Shown here piece by piece: positions 47,088 through 57,811 of a stretch of 64,000 nucleotides of DNA. The translations under genes and the position numbers were made by a program. How positions within the stretch are numbered: the stretch's first letter is position 1; each line of letters begins with the position of its first letter. Source of the DNA: Neophaeotheca triangularis (Eukaryota). The DNA lies in assembly GCA_054600435.1 (NCBI GenBank), contig BAAIJX010000044.1, forward strand, positions 1-64,000. The letters run 5' to 3'. Under the pieces are notes generated by a model. It was not told the origin of the DNA, did not search any database, and saw only the letters and a program-made list of their open reading frames with translations.

Positions 47088-47843
47088 TCAAGCGAAAACC
47101 CCCCCACTCCTCCTAGCCCTCGACCCCATCGCGGAACCCCTCGAAATCCGCCCAAACTTGTTGATCAAACACCCCCACAGCCCATACCGGTCGAAACCCG
47201 CAACGATCCCGACATCTTCCTCCAGCGCCTCGACAAAATCCCCCCCGACCCTGTCAGGCGGGTGAATGGTATAGTGCACCGAGAGCCCCAAGCGGCGACA
47301 CGCCGTATACCAATAAAAAAGCCTGATGACGACATCCGGGTGCGGGTCGTCGGAGAAGAGGAGATCGATGTACAAGAGGCGAGCCGGGCGGCGGGGATGG
47401 GTGTTGGGTGGGTGTTGGAAGTCTGGGAAGTGGATTTGGGGGTGTTGGTGGCGGAAGAGGGTTATTAAGCCGTTGAAGTCGAAGTTCGTGATGCTGACGC
47501 GGAAGTCGTGGGTTTTGGTCGAGTGGAGCATTCTTGTTACGTCGGTTTTGTAGCGGGGGGAGAGGGCGAGGAGGAGGTTGGCTATTTCCAGGCGGGAGGC
47601 TGGGGTGGGGGGGAGGGAGAGGAGGTGCGCGGCGTAGATTTCGTCGCGGATTTCGGGTGGGAGGGTGTCGAAGGTTGGCCGGGGCTCGGCGGTGGTGGAT
47701 GTTTGCGTGTCTTGAGTGTCGGAGTCGGCCTTGTTGGATGCTTGGGTCTCGAAATTTGGGTCGGCATCGGGCGTTTCAGATTCTGAGGTGCTTGATTGGA
47801 TGGGCATATTCGATGCCAAGGGCTTTGACAGGGAATGCATCAT
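47088..47843 (-). CDS. F-box-like domain protein
   Basis: TFDTLPPEIRDEIY motif; 251-aa ORF (alternative start 47807). Confidence 0.75.
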   Translation of the reverse strand: MMHSLSKPLASNMPIQSSTSESETPDADPNFETQASNKADSDTQDTQTSTTAEPRPTFDTLPPEIRDEIYAAHLLSLPPTPASRLEIANLLLALSPRYKTDVTRMLHSTKTHDFRVSITNFDFNGLITLFRHQHPQIHFPDFQHPPNTHPRRPARLLYIDLLFSDDPHPDVVIRLFYWYTACRRLGLSVHYTIHPPDRVGGDFVEALEEDVGIVAGFDRYGLWGCLINKFGRISRGSAMGSRARRSGGVFA

Positions 47844-48164
47844 AGATGCAGGGGGTCTTTATCTAGATCTAATGTTAGAGCCAAAACAGTCAATCAGGAG
47901 CAGATAAAAAGAATTACCTTTATCACAAGATAGGTAAGTCTAAATGTCGTACACAGTAGTAGTGTAGGCTTGCTTCAATTAGAGGTAAAGTTAGAGGTAA
48001 AACTAACAATCAGAGGTAGAAATTTAGGCTTACCTCTATGCAGAAATGGGCTATAAAAGCGTGCAACACGCAGTGAAGTTGCGCTTGCTTCAATCAGATG
48101 TGAAGTTAGATAGTGCACTAGACGTGTAAGGTAATGTAGGGGCAGCTTCACCTTTGTCTTGAAG

Positions 48165-49040
48165 TCGGGGTATAGTCCGGTATGTTCGAGAATTGGAGTC
48201 TTTCGGGGATGGGGGATAGTTGTCGAGTAGAGAAAGGAACAACTTGTAGAACTAGCGGATGAGCTAGTTTCGTAGCCAGTAGTCATGTGCGATTTGCCAA
48301 ATCTTGCCCGGACCCACGTGCATGTTTTTCACGACGACTTTCAGAGGTTATAGAGTATGCTTGAGACTTGCAACGGTGCTATAGACGCAACGGATCTGGT
48401 TGTATAGTCCGGTTTGTTTAGGAGAGCTTGTAGTCTTTCAGGGTAGTCTGTCGGAAATAGGTGTTAGTTACGAGTAGAGAAAGGAACAAGTAAGAGAACT
48501 AGCGGAGGAACTGGTTTTGTAGCTAGTAGTTATGTGCGATTTGCTCAGTACTACATACATGTTTTCGACGACGACTTCTAGACGTTATAGAGTACGCTTA
48601 GGAGTTGTAACGATGCTATAGACGTAGTGGATATTAGCTGTATAGTCCGGTGTGTTCGGGGTAGTATTTCGGGAATAGGGGATAGTTCTCGACTAGAGAA
48701 AGGAATAAGTCAGAGGACTACCGGAGAGCTAGTTTTGCAGCTAGTAGCCACATCGCTTTACTCGGGGCTACGTGTATGTTCCCGACGAAGACTTGCCGAC
48801 GTTAAGAAGTATGCGTTGAACTTGTACCGATGCCGAGGGCGTACTAGAATTCGGTTTGTAGATAGCGCCTATGTAGTCTCGGGCGGATTATTGCCGAGTA
48901 GAAGAGGGTACATGATCGTAGAACTAGCGGAGGAACCGATTTTATAGTAGGTAGCTGTGAGCATTTTATTAGTAGCTATATGCATGCTGTCGATGGAAAC
49001 TTTGAGCTGTCAAGGAGTATATAGGAGATTCTTACCGATA
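48165..49040. repeat. Degenerate tandem repeat, ~4 units of ~235 bp
   Basis: TATAGTCCGG at 48171, 48403 and 48641; AGAACTAGCGG-like blocks near 48248, 48495, 48712 and 48920; TA-rich. Confidence 0.8.
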
Positions 49041-50387
49041 CTGTCGACATGGTAGAAACCCTGATTTTCCTAAGCCGAGAATATCTGCTTCTATAGCTCA
49101 TAGCCGATTGCCTATCACTAATCGAGAAGTTTGACTGTACGAGGAATCAAATTTAATGCTAGACAGATAGCGTCCAGTTCTGCCTCGAGGCCCGTAGCTC
49201 GATGTTCGTCATCGATCGAAACTTTAGCAGGTCTAGGAAGGTATGAGGCGTCTGATTCGATAGTGGTATGAGTTTCCGATTACCGGATCATGTAGTAGGT
49301 AGTCCGTTGGTAGTCTGCTCGGAGTTTGTCGTCTGTCGACACATCTAGCCGTTGATGCGCGTGTTAGAAGTTCAGTCGATTGCCGTACATGCAGCCGAGC
49401 GCCGTACCCATACCGTCTAGCTAGATGCATTGATGTAGACTCACAGTGTAACCCTTTACAGCATTCAGAGCAATGCCGACTGTGTAGACACAGCGAAGAG
49501 GCTGGTCCCGTAAAATACAGCTATGTTTGACTTTCTCGAGGCCAGAATGTCTTTCGTTGAGCTTTCCAGCCGTCCAGCACCGATTCAGGGCGGTTACTCC
49601 GCTGAGTCGATATACCCGTGGCCGCTGAAGAACCCGGTGATGTTCAAGCAATGCTTTCAGCTCTCCTAGGCAGTGTCCGAGACTGTGATTATGTAGAGGC
49701 ACTCGGAATGTCAAGTTGATGCTTCCATCTCTGCTGAGTAGTCGAGAATCACAACCGCCTTGTGACATGCCAAGACACGGAGTCAATACTTCTCCTTCGC
49801 TTGGGGAATAGTCCTAAACGCGATTTTCGAGGTTGTGGAGTCTCCGCAGCGCCTCGTCTTATGGGACTGTATTTATCCGGCAGCTCTCTTTCCAGTGCGT
49901 TGGCGATCTCATCTGGTACTACTTACCGGCTTCTTTTCTGTTACATTTTCGGCTCTGTGAAATTGTCGGCAGGAGGAATAGGAATTGCAATATAGAAGTC
50001 GGAAGGTTTAGTGATCTAATAGCTAGACCGCAAGGAGCCGATTCGGAGCGGAGTCGTGCTTGCGACTAAGGCCGAGAAAATGAAGTTGCCTGAAAGCAAA
50101 AGTTGGAGAAAACGTCGAATAGCTAGAACCTCCCTTTGTTTGATCTCAACTACGGCTATGTGTGAGTAGGTGCGGGCTGTCCACAGTGTTTGACTACTAA
50201 ACGTGGTAGGGAGGTAATCGGTAGGTTGTGGGTTGGAAAAGAGTAGTGCGATGTAAATCGAGGAAAAAGAGGTTGCTCACGTGCAAGTTGTAAAAAAAAA
50301 AGCAGCAAACAAACACAAAATACCTACCTCCCTGTCCTCGTCTCGAACCCCAGCCCCCTCTTTCACCTGACTCTTCCAAATCCGGCC

Positions 50388-50491
50388 AAAAAAAAGTTTG
50401 GTAGCTCACTTTACTTGCATGTGTCATCCTTAGTGCAGGGGCCATGCTAATCTTCTCTGTATTGTTTCAAATTGACCAAATGCCCGAAGGC
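50388..50491 (-). ncRNA. U6: U6 spliceosomal snRNA, copy 4
   Basis: Near-identical to copies 1 and 2; TATATATTTA upstream; B box GGTTCGAGAC at 50349-50340. Confidence 0.97.
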
Positions 50492-52919
50492 AAGAAGCTT
50501 GGCTGTGAGTTAAATATATAGACTGTGAGGTATTGTGTTGCTTAGCTGGCGGCCTTTTGCGTGTTTACTTGACCCTAAGATTCACGTGGATGAAGAGCAC
50601 TGGACTTGAGATATTCCGTTCACATTGACGATAAGTAGGTATAGGAGATCGGGAGAGAGATGATGGATGGCTACTTGTACAAAAAGGTACCTAGCGCCTG
50701 TTCTTGCTCATTCCACTCTTCCTACCTACATTCCACCTTTCCCGCTCACCACTAAAGCTTCTATAGCATGATTATCAACTATTGCCCCAGCTTCCACTAC
50801 AGCCGCACGTAAACCAGACATGTAACACAAATGTAACACATCGAGAAAGCGTAGAAAGCAAGTACGCAGCGTCAGACCTATACAAACACTTATCCGAGTC
50901 TACCGGCAACCTACATACCAAGCCAATCGCTTCATCTAAAACCTGGTCTAGTGCAAGAGCAAAGTATCGCATCAGACTCCGTGGAATCGGTACTTAAGCC
51001 AGCCCTCTCTAATGTAGATCCGCGTCCATACGATAGACGTTCTGCGCTCAATGCTCAGCCGGGACCCGCTACCGGAAGTCCACGCATATGTTGTCAGATA
51101 GCAAGCCTCCCACGGCTCATCCCGAGCCACGCTACCTCTGCCGTAGTCGTTGCAAGAGCAATCAGCTGCTGGCCAGACAAGCAAGCTGACATCGAGCTTG
51201 TCTTGATAGCACGGGTAGAAACCTAAGCAATTGTGGGACGAAGATGAACAACGTGTTCGTCTGTCCTTAGTAAAGAGAAATAGGATACAATTGCTGACAT
51301 CTAGCTTAGAGCTCAAATACAGACTTTCAAAGATTTCCCATGGGCGCTTGAGATGGGTCTAAGGAGCAAAGGTTGTGCACTTCGAGAATAGCGCTTGGTT
51401 GCGGAGGTTGACGTGAGCATGGAAGGCGGAATAGGTAAAAGGAAACCGTGAGGAAGTGGAGGACTTGGGAAGACTTACAGTCAGGACACCTTTCGTTTTT
51501 GTTCCAACAGTATCGGACACCGAAGAGCTCTGCACTTACTCGAGGAGGGAGGACAGGGCGAAACAAACACTTGAACCTGCCAATCCAAGCGATCCTGATC
51601 TTTTCCGACTCACGTAAAGGGATTCTCGAAGCCAGAGCCGCCAGTACTGCATCACCAGACCAGCTTAGGTTTCGTCACAAACCACCAGACTAGGGTGAGG
51701 ATCAAACCAATGCAGCCGCAGCCGACAGAATAGGACATATTAAGGCCACTACCTCGGTGAGCAATCATCAAATGATCAAATTGTTTTCGTTTTTGCATCG
51801 GCCCACAGGCAGGACAAGCGCCTCGAAGTATCCAGCACAACCCAAAGCACGCGGATATGCGAAGCTTGAGTTGCTCGACGGCAAACTGGCACGGCTCGGT
51901 GGGAGGAGGTAAAGAGGTCCAACTAAACCCGCACTCAAGGCATCGGGCAGAGCGCTTTTCGCACACCCGGGACCGAGACGGCAACACGAGACGGTGCTAG
52001 GTGAGCTAAACGTGGTTGAAGAGCGTACGAGAATCAAGCGGCTCCATGGACGGCCAAGGGTCTCTAGCAAGACAAGGCGATATATCAAAACCAGCCTTAG
52101 CCTTTCTTCTGCCGACCACGCATAAGTTACGACGAGCATATGAGGCGAAACCTAAGCTGACATATCTTAGGCTGGGGCCCAGAATCGCCGACCAGCGTTC
52201 GTTTCGATGTAGTCGTAGTTCCGGCTGGCTGGCTGAGGCAGGCTGCTGTCGATGCAAAAGACTACTAAAGCACATGCGAGATCTCTTCAGGAAGCTTTAA
52301 GCTTATCGTGCGGCCTGCACTGTTTAGTATTTCTCTGTGTGTTGTTCGTATCCACAACGTTCCCGTTCTCGTTCTCGTTCTCGTTCTCGGGAAGTTCCTG
52401 CAGCGGGAGTCGGACTTTGCTCGCATATTCATTGTTCATTGCTTTATCCGGAAACATCTCCCTGTGTCTATTCGATACATTTTTGATGGGACAGAATCAA
52501 TACCGATCAATATTGAATAGGACAATTAATACACATCCGTGAGTGTGAACAGAAGGACGATTGAGATTGATCAAGTCCGAGGTCGAGATAAGCACGGAAT
52601 CCACGGATTTGAACGTGGAACCCACAATCGATCGTCGACTTGTCTCCCCCACTTTCTCCGCCTCGACGGACTCGCTCGCCTTTACATCAACACTTGCGCC
52701 CGCCCGCATTGAATCCGCATTCATCCACGCCGCCACCGCCATTCCCGAGTACTACCACCGCCGACCCCCCCTTTAGGCGACCGAAGCCGATGTCCTCCGC
52801 CGCCGTCGCATAATCCCTTACCCAACCTCCACCAGCCCTCCCCGGCAGCACTACCTGCACCACAACAAACACTCTCGAACCCCACGTTCAATGCCGCAAA
52901 CCCCTCCACCACCAACAAA

Positions 52920-54911
52920 ATGATGCGCCCCCGGTCACAACCTCATGCCCGCTCTCCCCAAGCAATCGACTACAACGAAAATTACGAAACGTACGACGAC
53001 CTAGACGAGCCGCCGCACCGTCGCCCCAGCCCGGCGGAAATCAGCAGCATCCTGTCCGCGCGCAGTTCAGCCATGGCGGAAGCGCGATCCTCGATCGTGG
53101 CAGACGAGACAATGAATGGGAATGATCTTGGGTATGGGTTGCCGGTTACTACACCGAGAGTGGAGGGGGCGACGACATTAAGTTTAGATTTGGGACTGGA
53201 TGCCAGTTTGACGGTGGTACTACCTGGGGCGGAGACGACGACGGAGGGTGCGGGGAAGGAAGAGGAGGAAGACACGACACCATGGGCGATGCCGACGAGG
53301 ACTTATGGGTTTAGTGGGCCCGCTGCGACGGGGGAGGGGACGCTGCCGGCGAATGCGTACTCCACCGCTGCTACGGAGTCGGTGGTAGAGGCTACGTCGA
53401 GTACACTGGCTACGGCTACGAGCTATGCTGCTAGAGGCACTCGGTATTCGGAACTGCACTCGCCGCCGACACTCACCGCTACCAACTCAAATCGCCTCGT
53501 CGATGCTACGGCATTCCCAGACGCCACTCGCGCTCAGCGTGATGGGAATGGGCTGTCCACTGGATCCTTGGTATCCGCAGTAGTCATTCCAATCCTGGCA
53601 GTGCTTGTGGTCCTCCTCCTTGGTTTGCTCTGCTTCCGACGAAAGCGAAGAAGACGCGATATACCTGAAGCGACATTCAACAACCCACAGGAGATGGCCG
53701 AGACAACGGCAGGAGCGGGAGGTGTGTCGCCCGACACGGTAGCAACAGCAGCAGGAACAGCACCAGCAGCCGGCGCAGCCTTTCTCCCAGCTCTGAGAGA
53801 GAAATTCTTCCCTTTCCCGCATCACTCACACCCCCGCAATAACCACACCAGCAACGGCACTTTCAAACCCCCTGCGCAAACCCGCGCGCGCAACCACATC
53901 GGGCCAGCCGCACTCGCCTACAACCACCCCTCGAATCCACGGCACTCGAATCCGCTGCAGCAAATCCCGCAAGAGCAACCACCACCCTTCACACCGACAC
54001 CCGCAACTCAAAACCCCACCACCGCGCCTCGATCTCCTGCGACCACCACGGGCGCACCCCATATGCTCGCACCACCACCTCCAATGATGTCCCCCACCCG
54101 CTCCAACGCAGGCTACTACACCGGCCTCCCGCTAATCTCGTCTACGACCAACTCCTCCAACGCCTCCCGCAACAGCCAAACCTCCCGCAATAGCCACAAC
54201 TCCCGTCACAGCAGGGCAACAGCCGGTCTAGCTAGTCTAAACACCAATTACAGCGGCGACAGCGGCACCGCCAGACGTAGCGAAGGGGGTACCACTTTTG
54301 CCGAAGCGCCCCCAGTATATCCCGGACGAACTACAACGGGAAGAGAGAGCTTGTACACGCTTCCGGCAGCGGATTTCGGGGAAGGGGGATTCGATCCTTT
54401 TGGCGATCGATTCGCCACTACAAACCATAGCGAGGATGCGGTTGAAGGGCAAAGGGCGGCCGGTCCCTTTGCGGATCCGGGTTCCGAACCTCCTTCGCCG
54501 CCGCCGCCGCCATTCGACGCTGTCTCGCGAAGTCCTGCACTGCCCGCGGGCCGGCATCGCGGTCTCAGTCAGCAGCAGGCCTCGTCCCATCAAGCTCCGG
54601 CCCCTGCTTACGATTCCCTGCTCCCGAACTGCACCGCCCCGACACCTACCGCCGCTGATCCTGACGCCCACCCCTCTTACTCTTCGCACGCTCGGTCAGA
54701 CGTGCCGAGTAGAATGGACACTCAGCGCTCGGCGGTCTCAGCTACGAGTTCGTTGGAGAGTTACGGTTATGGCGAGGAAGAGGCGGTCGTGCAAGAGGCT
54801 AGGGTTGGGAGGCCCGTGAGTTTAAGCGCGGGAACGGATTTGGGTGGGTTTGGTGGGGATGGGTTTGTAAACCCTTTTGTCGATGGTGCTGATGGGGGAA
54901 TGGGAAGGTAG
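52920..54911 (+). CDS. Single-pass membrane protein, Ser/Thr-rich N-part and Pro-rich tail
   Basis: TM segment AVVIPILAVLVVLLLGLLCF followed by RRKRRRR; DPF/GPF/NPF motifs in the tail. 5' end uncertain. Confidence 0.85.
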   Translation: MMRPRSQPHARSPQAIDYNENYETYDDLDEPPHRRPSPAEISSILSARSSAMAEARSSIVADETMNGNDLGYGLPVTTPRVEGATTLSLDLGLDASLTVVLPGAETTTEGAGKEEEEDTTPWAMPTRTYGFSGPAATGEGTLPANAYSTAATESVVEATSSTLATATSYAARGTRYSELHSPPTLTATNSNRLVDATAFPDATRAQRDGNGLSTGSLVSAVVIPILAVLVVLLLGLLCFRRKRRRRDIPEATFNNPQEMAETTAGAGGVSPDTVATAAGTAPAAGAAFLPALREKFFPFPHHSHPRNNHTSNGTFKPPAQTRARNHIGPAALAYNHPSNPRHSNPLQQIPQEQPPPFTPTPATQNPTTAPRSPATTTGAPHMLAPPPPMMSPTRSNAGYYTGLPLISSTTNSSNASRNSQTSRNSHNSRHSRATAGLASLNTNYSGDSGTARRSEGGTTFAEAPPVYPGRTTTGRESLYTLPAADFGEGGFDPFGDRFATTNHSEDAVEGQRAAGPFADPGSEPPSPPPPPFDAVSRSPALPAGRHRGLSQQQASSHQAPAPAYDSLLPNCTAPTPTAADPDAHPSYSSHARSDVPSRMDTQRSAVSATSSLESYGYGEEEAVVQEARVGRPVSLSAGTDLGGFGGDGFVNPFVDGADGGMGR

Positions 54912-55966
54912 GATTGTGGAGCTGGGGAGTTGGTTGGTAAGGGGATGTGGGTTTTTTCTTTAAGGGTTGCTTGTTCAGTGGGAGACGGAGGAGGAGGGGG
55001 GCTAGGAAGTGTGGGTTATGATGCGATATGATATACTATGACTGTTACGATTGCTACGCGGATGGGATGTAAACGGAGCGTTAGGCAGGCTGTGTACTAG
55101 GCTTGAAGAGCTGACCGGTAGTATTGATGACAATGCTAATGGCCATGGAGGGATCCATGGATGGTTTTATATAAAAGCACAGCGAGATATATCTCACGTC
55201 TAAACTCACCCCGACCGATCTTTCTTCTTCTTCTTCCTCTTCTTTCGTCCTCTCCGGTGGTCCTGGATGGAGGCTTTGATATCTGTTAAAGATATCTCGT
55301 CTCTCTTTGTAACTTTCCAAGACGTTGAGAAAGACCAGACATCTCCTTTGACTTCCCTAGTCTAACACAAACCCTTCTCCTCGGCACTTCCTATTCCACC
55401 CACTGGGAAACTCTCCTCCCCAAGCCTACCTAACCTTACCTTACTTGGCATCTACCTTAACCTCCCACACAAGCCCACGTGTGTATATATTACCCCGCAA
55501 AGTCTAAAGTCTCCTTTTCGCTTCGGGGAAAGTCTGATTGGACTGAGATTCCGGGCTCCAAGGCGTACCTAGGTACCTTTACTATCTTACCCGGTCTAGT
55601 CTTGAGTCGACCGTCGGGGTATGATGCGGCCTTATTATTTTCTTCTTCTTCCTTTTTCGCTCGGGGTTGGTCGTGCGTATGTCTTTCTTGTTGGGTACAG
55701 GGTTTAGGCTTCTTCTTTTCTTAATGGATCTCGTGAGACGATGCGCTGTGTTTAATCAAATCTTCTCGGATCGAGGATTTGACATTCCACTCGTCTTGAA
55801 AGGGTAGCGACGGCAAGGTCGAGATACCTTGCTCCGTCCACTTCTCGGTTTCACCACCCCCCCAGCCTTGATCTGCGAGGAATAATGCCCCCGGAGCATC
55901 CATCGGCCAACGGACGAGAGCGGAGGACACCCCCTTGGCCAAGATAAACCTCGCACCTTGCCCAGC

Positions 55967-57811
55967 ATGTCCGCCTCGGGCACCATCGCCAACGGCAGCG
56001 ACGACACCGCCTCGTCCACTTCCTGGACTACGCCCGGCGCAGGCATAACAAACGACTACAACAGCTCCGCCCCCAGCTTCCGCACCTTTGTCATCATCCT
56101 CGTGACTCTCTCAATCTACAACGCCCTCGAACTCATCTTCCTCATCTTCTCCACCTTCACCCGCCGCCGCGGTCTGTACTTCTACGCCCTCCTAACCGCC
56201 AGCATAGGCATAATCCCCTACGCGCTCGGCTTCTTGCTGAAATTCCTAAACTACACCCCCGACAACCTCCGCTGGATCGCCATAGTCCTACTGACCATCG
56301 GTTGGTACCCAATGATCACAGGCGAATCCCTCGTCCTCTGGTCGCGCCTCCATCTCATCCTCTCCGGCAGTCGTGGCCAAACTATTCTCAAAACCACAAA
56401 ATGGATGATCATAACCACCGCCATTTTACTGCACATCCCCACGACAATCCTAACCTTCGGCGCCAACAGCGACACCCACACCACAACCTTCGAAACCGGC
56501 TACAACATCATGGAGAAGATCCAAATGATCGGATTCTTCCTACAAGAAGTCACCCTCTCCCTAATCTACATCATCGAAACCTCCAAACTATTACGAACCT
56601 GCCAGCAAAAGCCCCAAACCCGCAAAATCATGAACCAGCTCATCTTCATCAACGTCATCATCATCATCATGGACCTCGCTCTACTGGGGCTCGAATGCGC
56701 AAGTCTGTACATCCAGGCTACTTTGCTAAAGGGCGTCATTTATTCCATCAAGCTGAAACTCGAGTTTGCCATCTTGGGCAAAATCGTCAACATCGTTAGA
56801 CCACCGAGAAATGCCGCGCAGGGATATAACGCCAACGCTAATAACAACAACAACAATAACCTCACACCTCTACCCCACGACTCAAAAAACTCGCAATCCT
56901 CGGCCTCAGACCCCAAACCCCTCTCGCACTCGCACTCGCACTCCCAATCGCAACCACACGACCGCAGCCGCCATCGCCACCGCCATCGCCATCGCCACCG
57001 CAACCCTCTTGCCCTCTTCACCTCCAATTCCAATTCCAACTACAATCCCAACCCCAACCTGAACCCCAACGATTCAGACGACTCCGACTCCATCTCCTCC
57101 TTTGTAGATCTCAACCGCGTGCAAACCGATCTCACGCACGCTTCGGCCTCGGCGGATGTTTCGAGGGGGAATTCCAGACAATTGGCGTCGCTAGGTGGGG
57201 GTCAGTGGGAGCTGGAGAGGTTTAGGGTTTGTCGGGATGTTGAGTTGAGTTCGCTCGGGGAGGGGGGGAGTGGGGATAGGGGGAGTGAGGGTCGGGTTGG
57301 TGGCTGTGGGGTCGATGGGACTGGGGCCGGTGGGCTGGGGCTTGCAGGCGGTCTGCAGAGGGGTGATGAGGATGGGGTTGGGGGAAGCGGGATTGGGGGG
57401 ATTGGGGATGGGGGGAGTGAGGGTCGGGTTGGTGGCTGTGGGGTTGATGGGACTGGGGCCGGTGGGCTGGGGCTTGCAGGCGGTCTGGAGAGGGGTGATG
57501 AGGATGGGGTTGGGGGAAGCGGGATTGGGGGGATTGGGGGTGGTGCGGTGGTAGGAGCTATGGCGTCGGGAAGTGCGGATCGGGGTGATGAAAGAGCGCG
57601 TGAGCAAGAGGGCGGGAAGCCGCGGGAGGAGTTGAAGGGCTGGGATCCCGAGTCTGGCACAGCCGGCACTGAATTCGAGGCCACTTGCACCGATGACGAG
57701 GTCATCGAGCGTGAGGATTTGAGATCGCAGCGATATATGAGGCTGGAGCCGGGAGGAAGAGTCGACGATGCTGGACATGGCCGCAACAACAAAAACCAGG
57801 GCGAGGTGTGA
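55967..57811 (+). CDS. Multi-pass integral membrane protein (fungal ~7-TM family) with long cytoplasmic tail
   Basis: YNALEL, GLYF, VLWSRLHL, EKIQMIGFFLQE and YSIKLKLEFAIL blocks; about seven hydrophobic segments. Confidence 0.88.
   Translation: MSASGTIANGSDDTASSTSWTTPGAGITNDYNSSAPSFRTFVIILVTLSIYNALELIFLIFSTFTRRRGLYFYALLTASIGIIPYALGFLLKFLNYTPDNLRWIAIVLLTIGWYPMITGESLVLWSRLHLILSGSRGQTILKTTKWMIITTAILLHIPTTILTFGANSDTHTTTFETGYNIMEKIQMIGFFLQEVTLSLIYIIETSKLLRTCQQKPQTRKIMNQLIFINVIIIIMDLALLGLECASLYIQATLLKGVIYSIKLKLEFAILGKIVNIVRPPRNAAQGYNANANNNNNNNLTPLPHDSKNSQSSASDPKPLSHSHSHSQSQPHDRSRHRHRHRHRHRNPLALFTSNSNSNYNPNPNLNPNDSDDSDSISSFVDLNRVQTDLTHASASADVSRGNSRQLASLGGGQWELERFRVCRDVELSSLGEGGSGDRGSEGRVGGCGVDGTGAGGLGLAGGLQRGDEDGVGGSGIGGIGDGGSEGRVGGCGVDGTGAGGLGLAGGLERGDEDGVGGSGIGGIGGGAVVGAMASGSADRGDERAREQEGGKPREELKGWDPESGTAGTEFEATCTDDEVIEREDLRSQRYMRLEPGGRVDDAGHGRNNKNQGEV
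57271..57539 (+). repeat. 132-bp in-frame tandem duplication (44 aa, Gly-rich)
   Basis: Two near-identical units starting at 57271 and 57403. Confidence 0.9.

Noticed and set aside
51428..51445. U5 loop I-like CCTTTTACC on the - strand
   Set aside because: No U5 stem or Sm site around it. No U2, U5, tRNA or 5S gene was found in the window.
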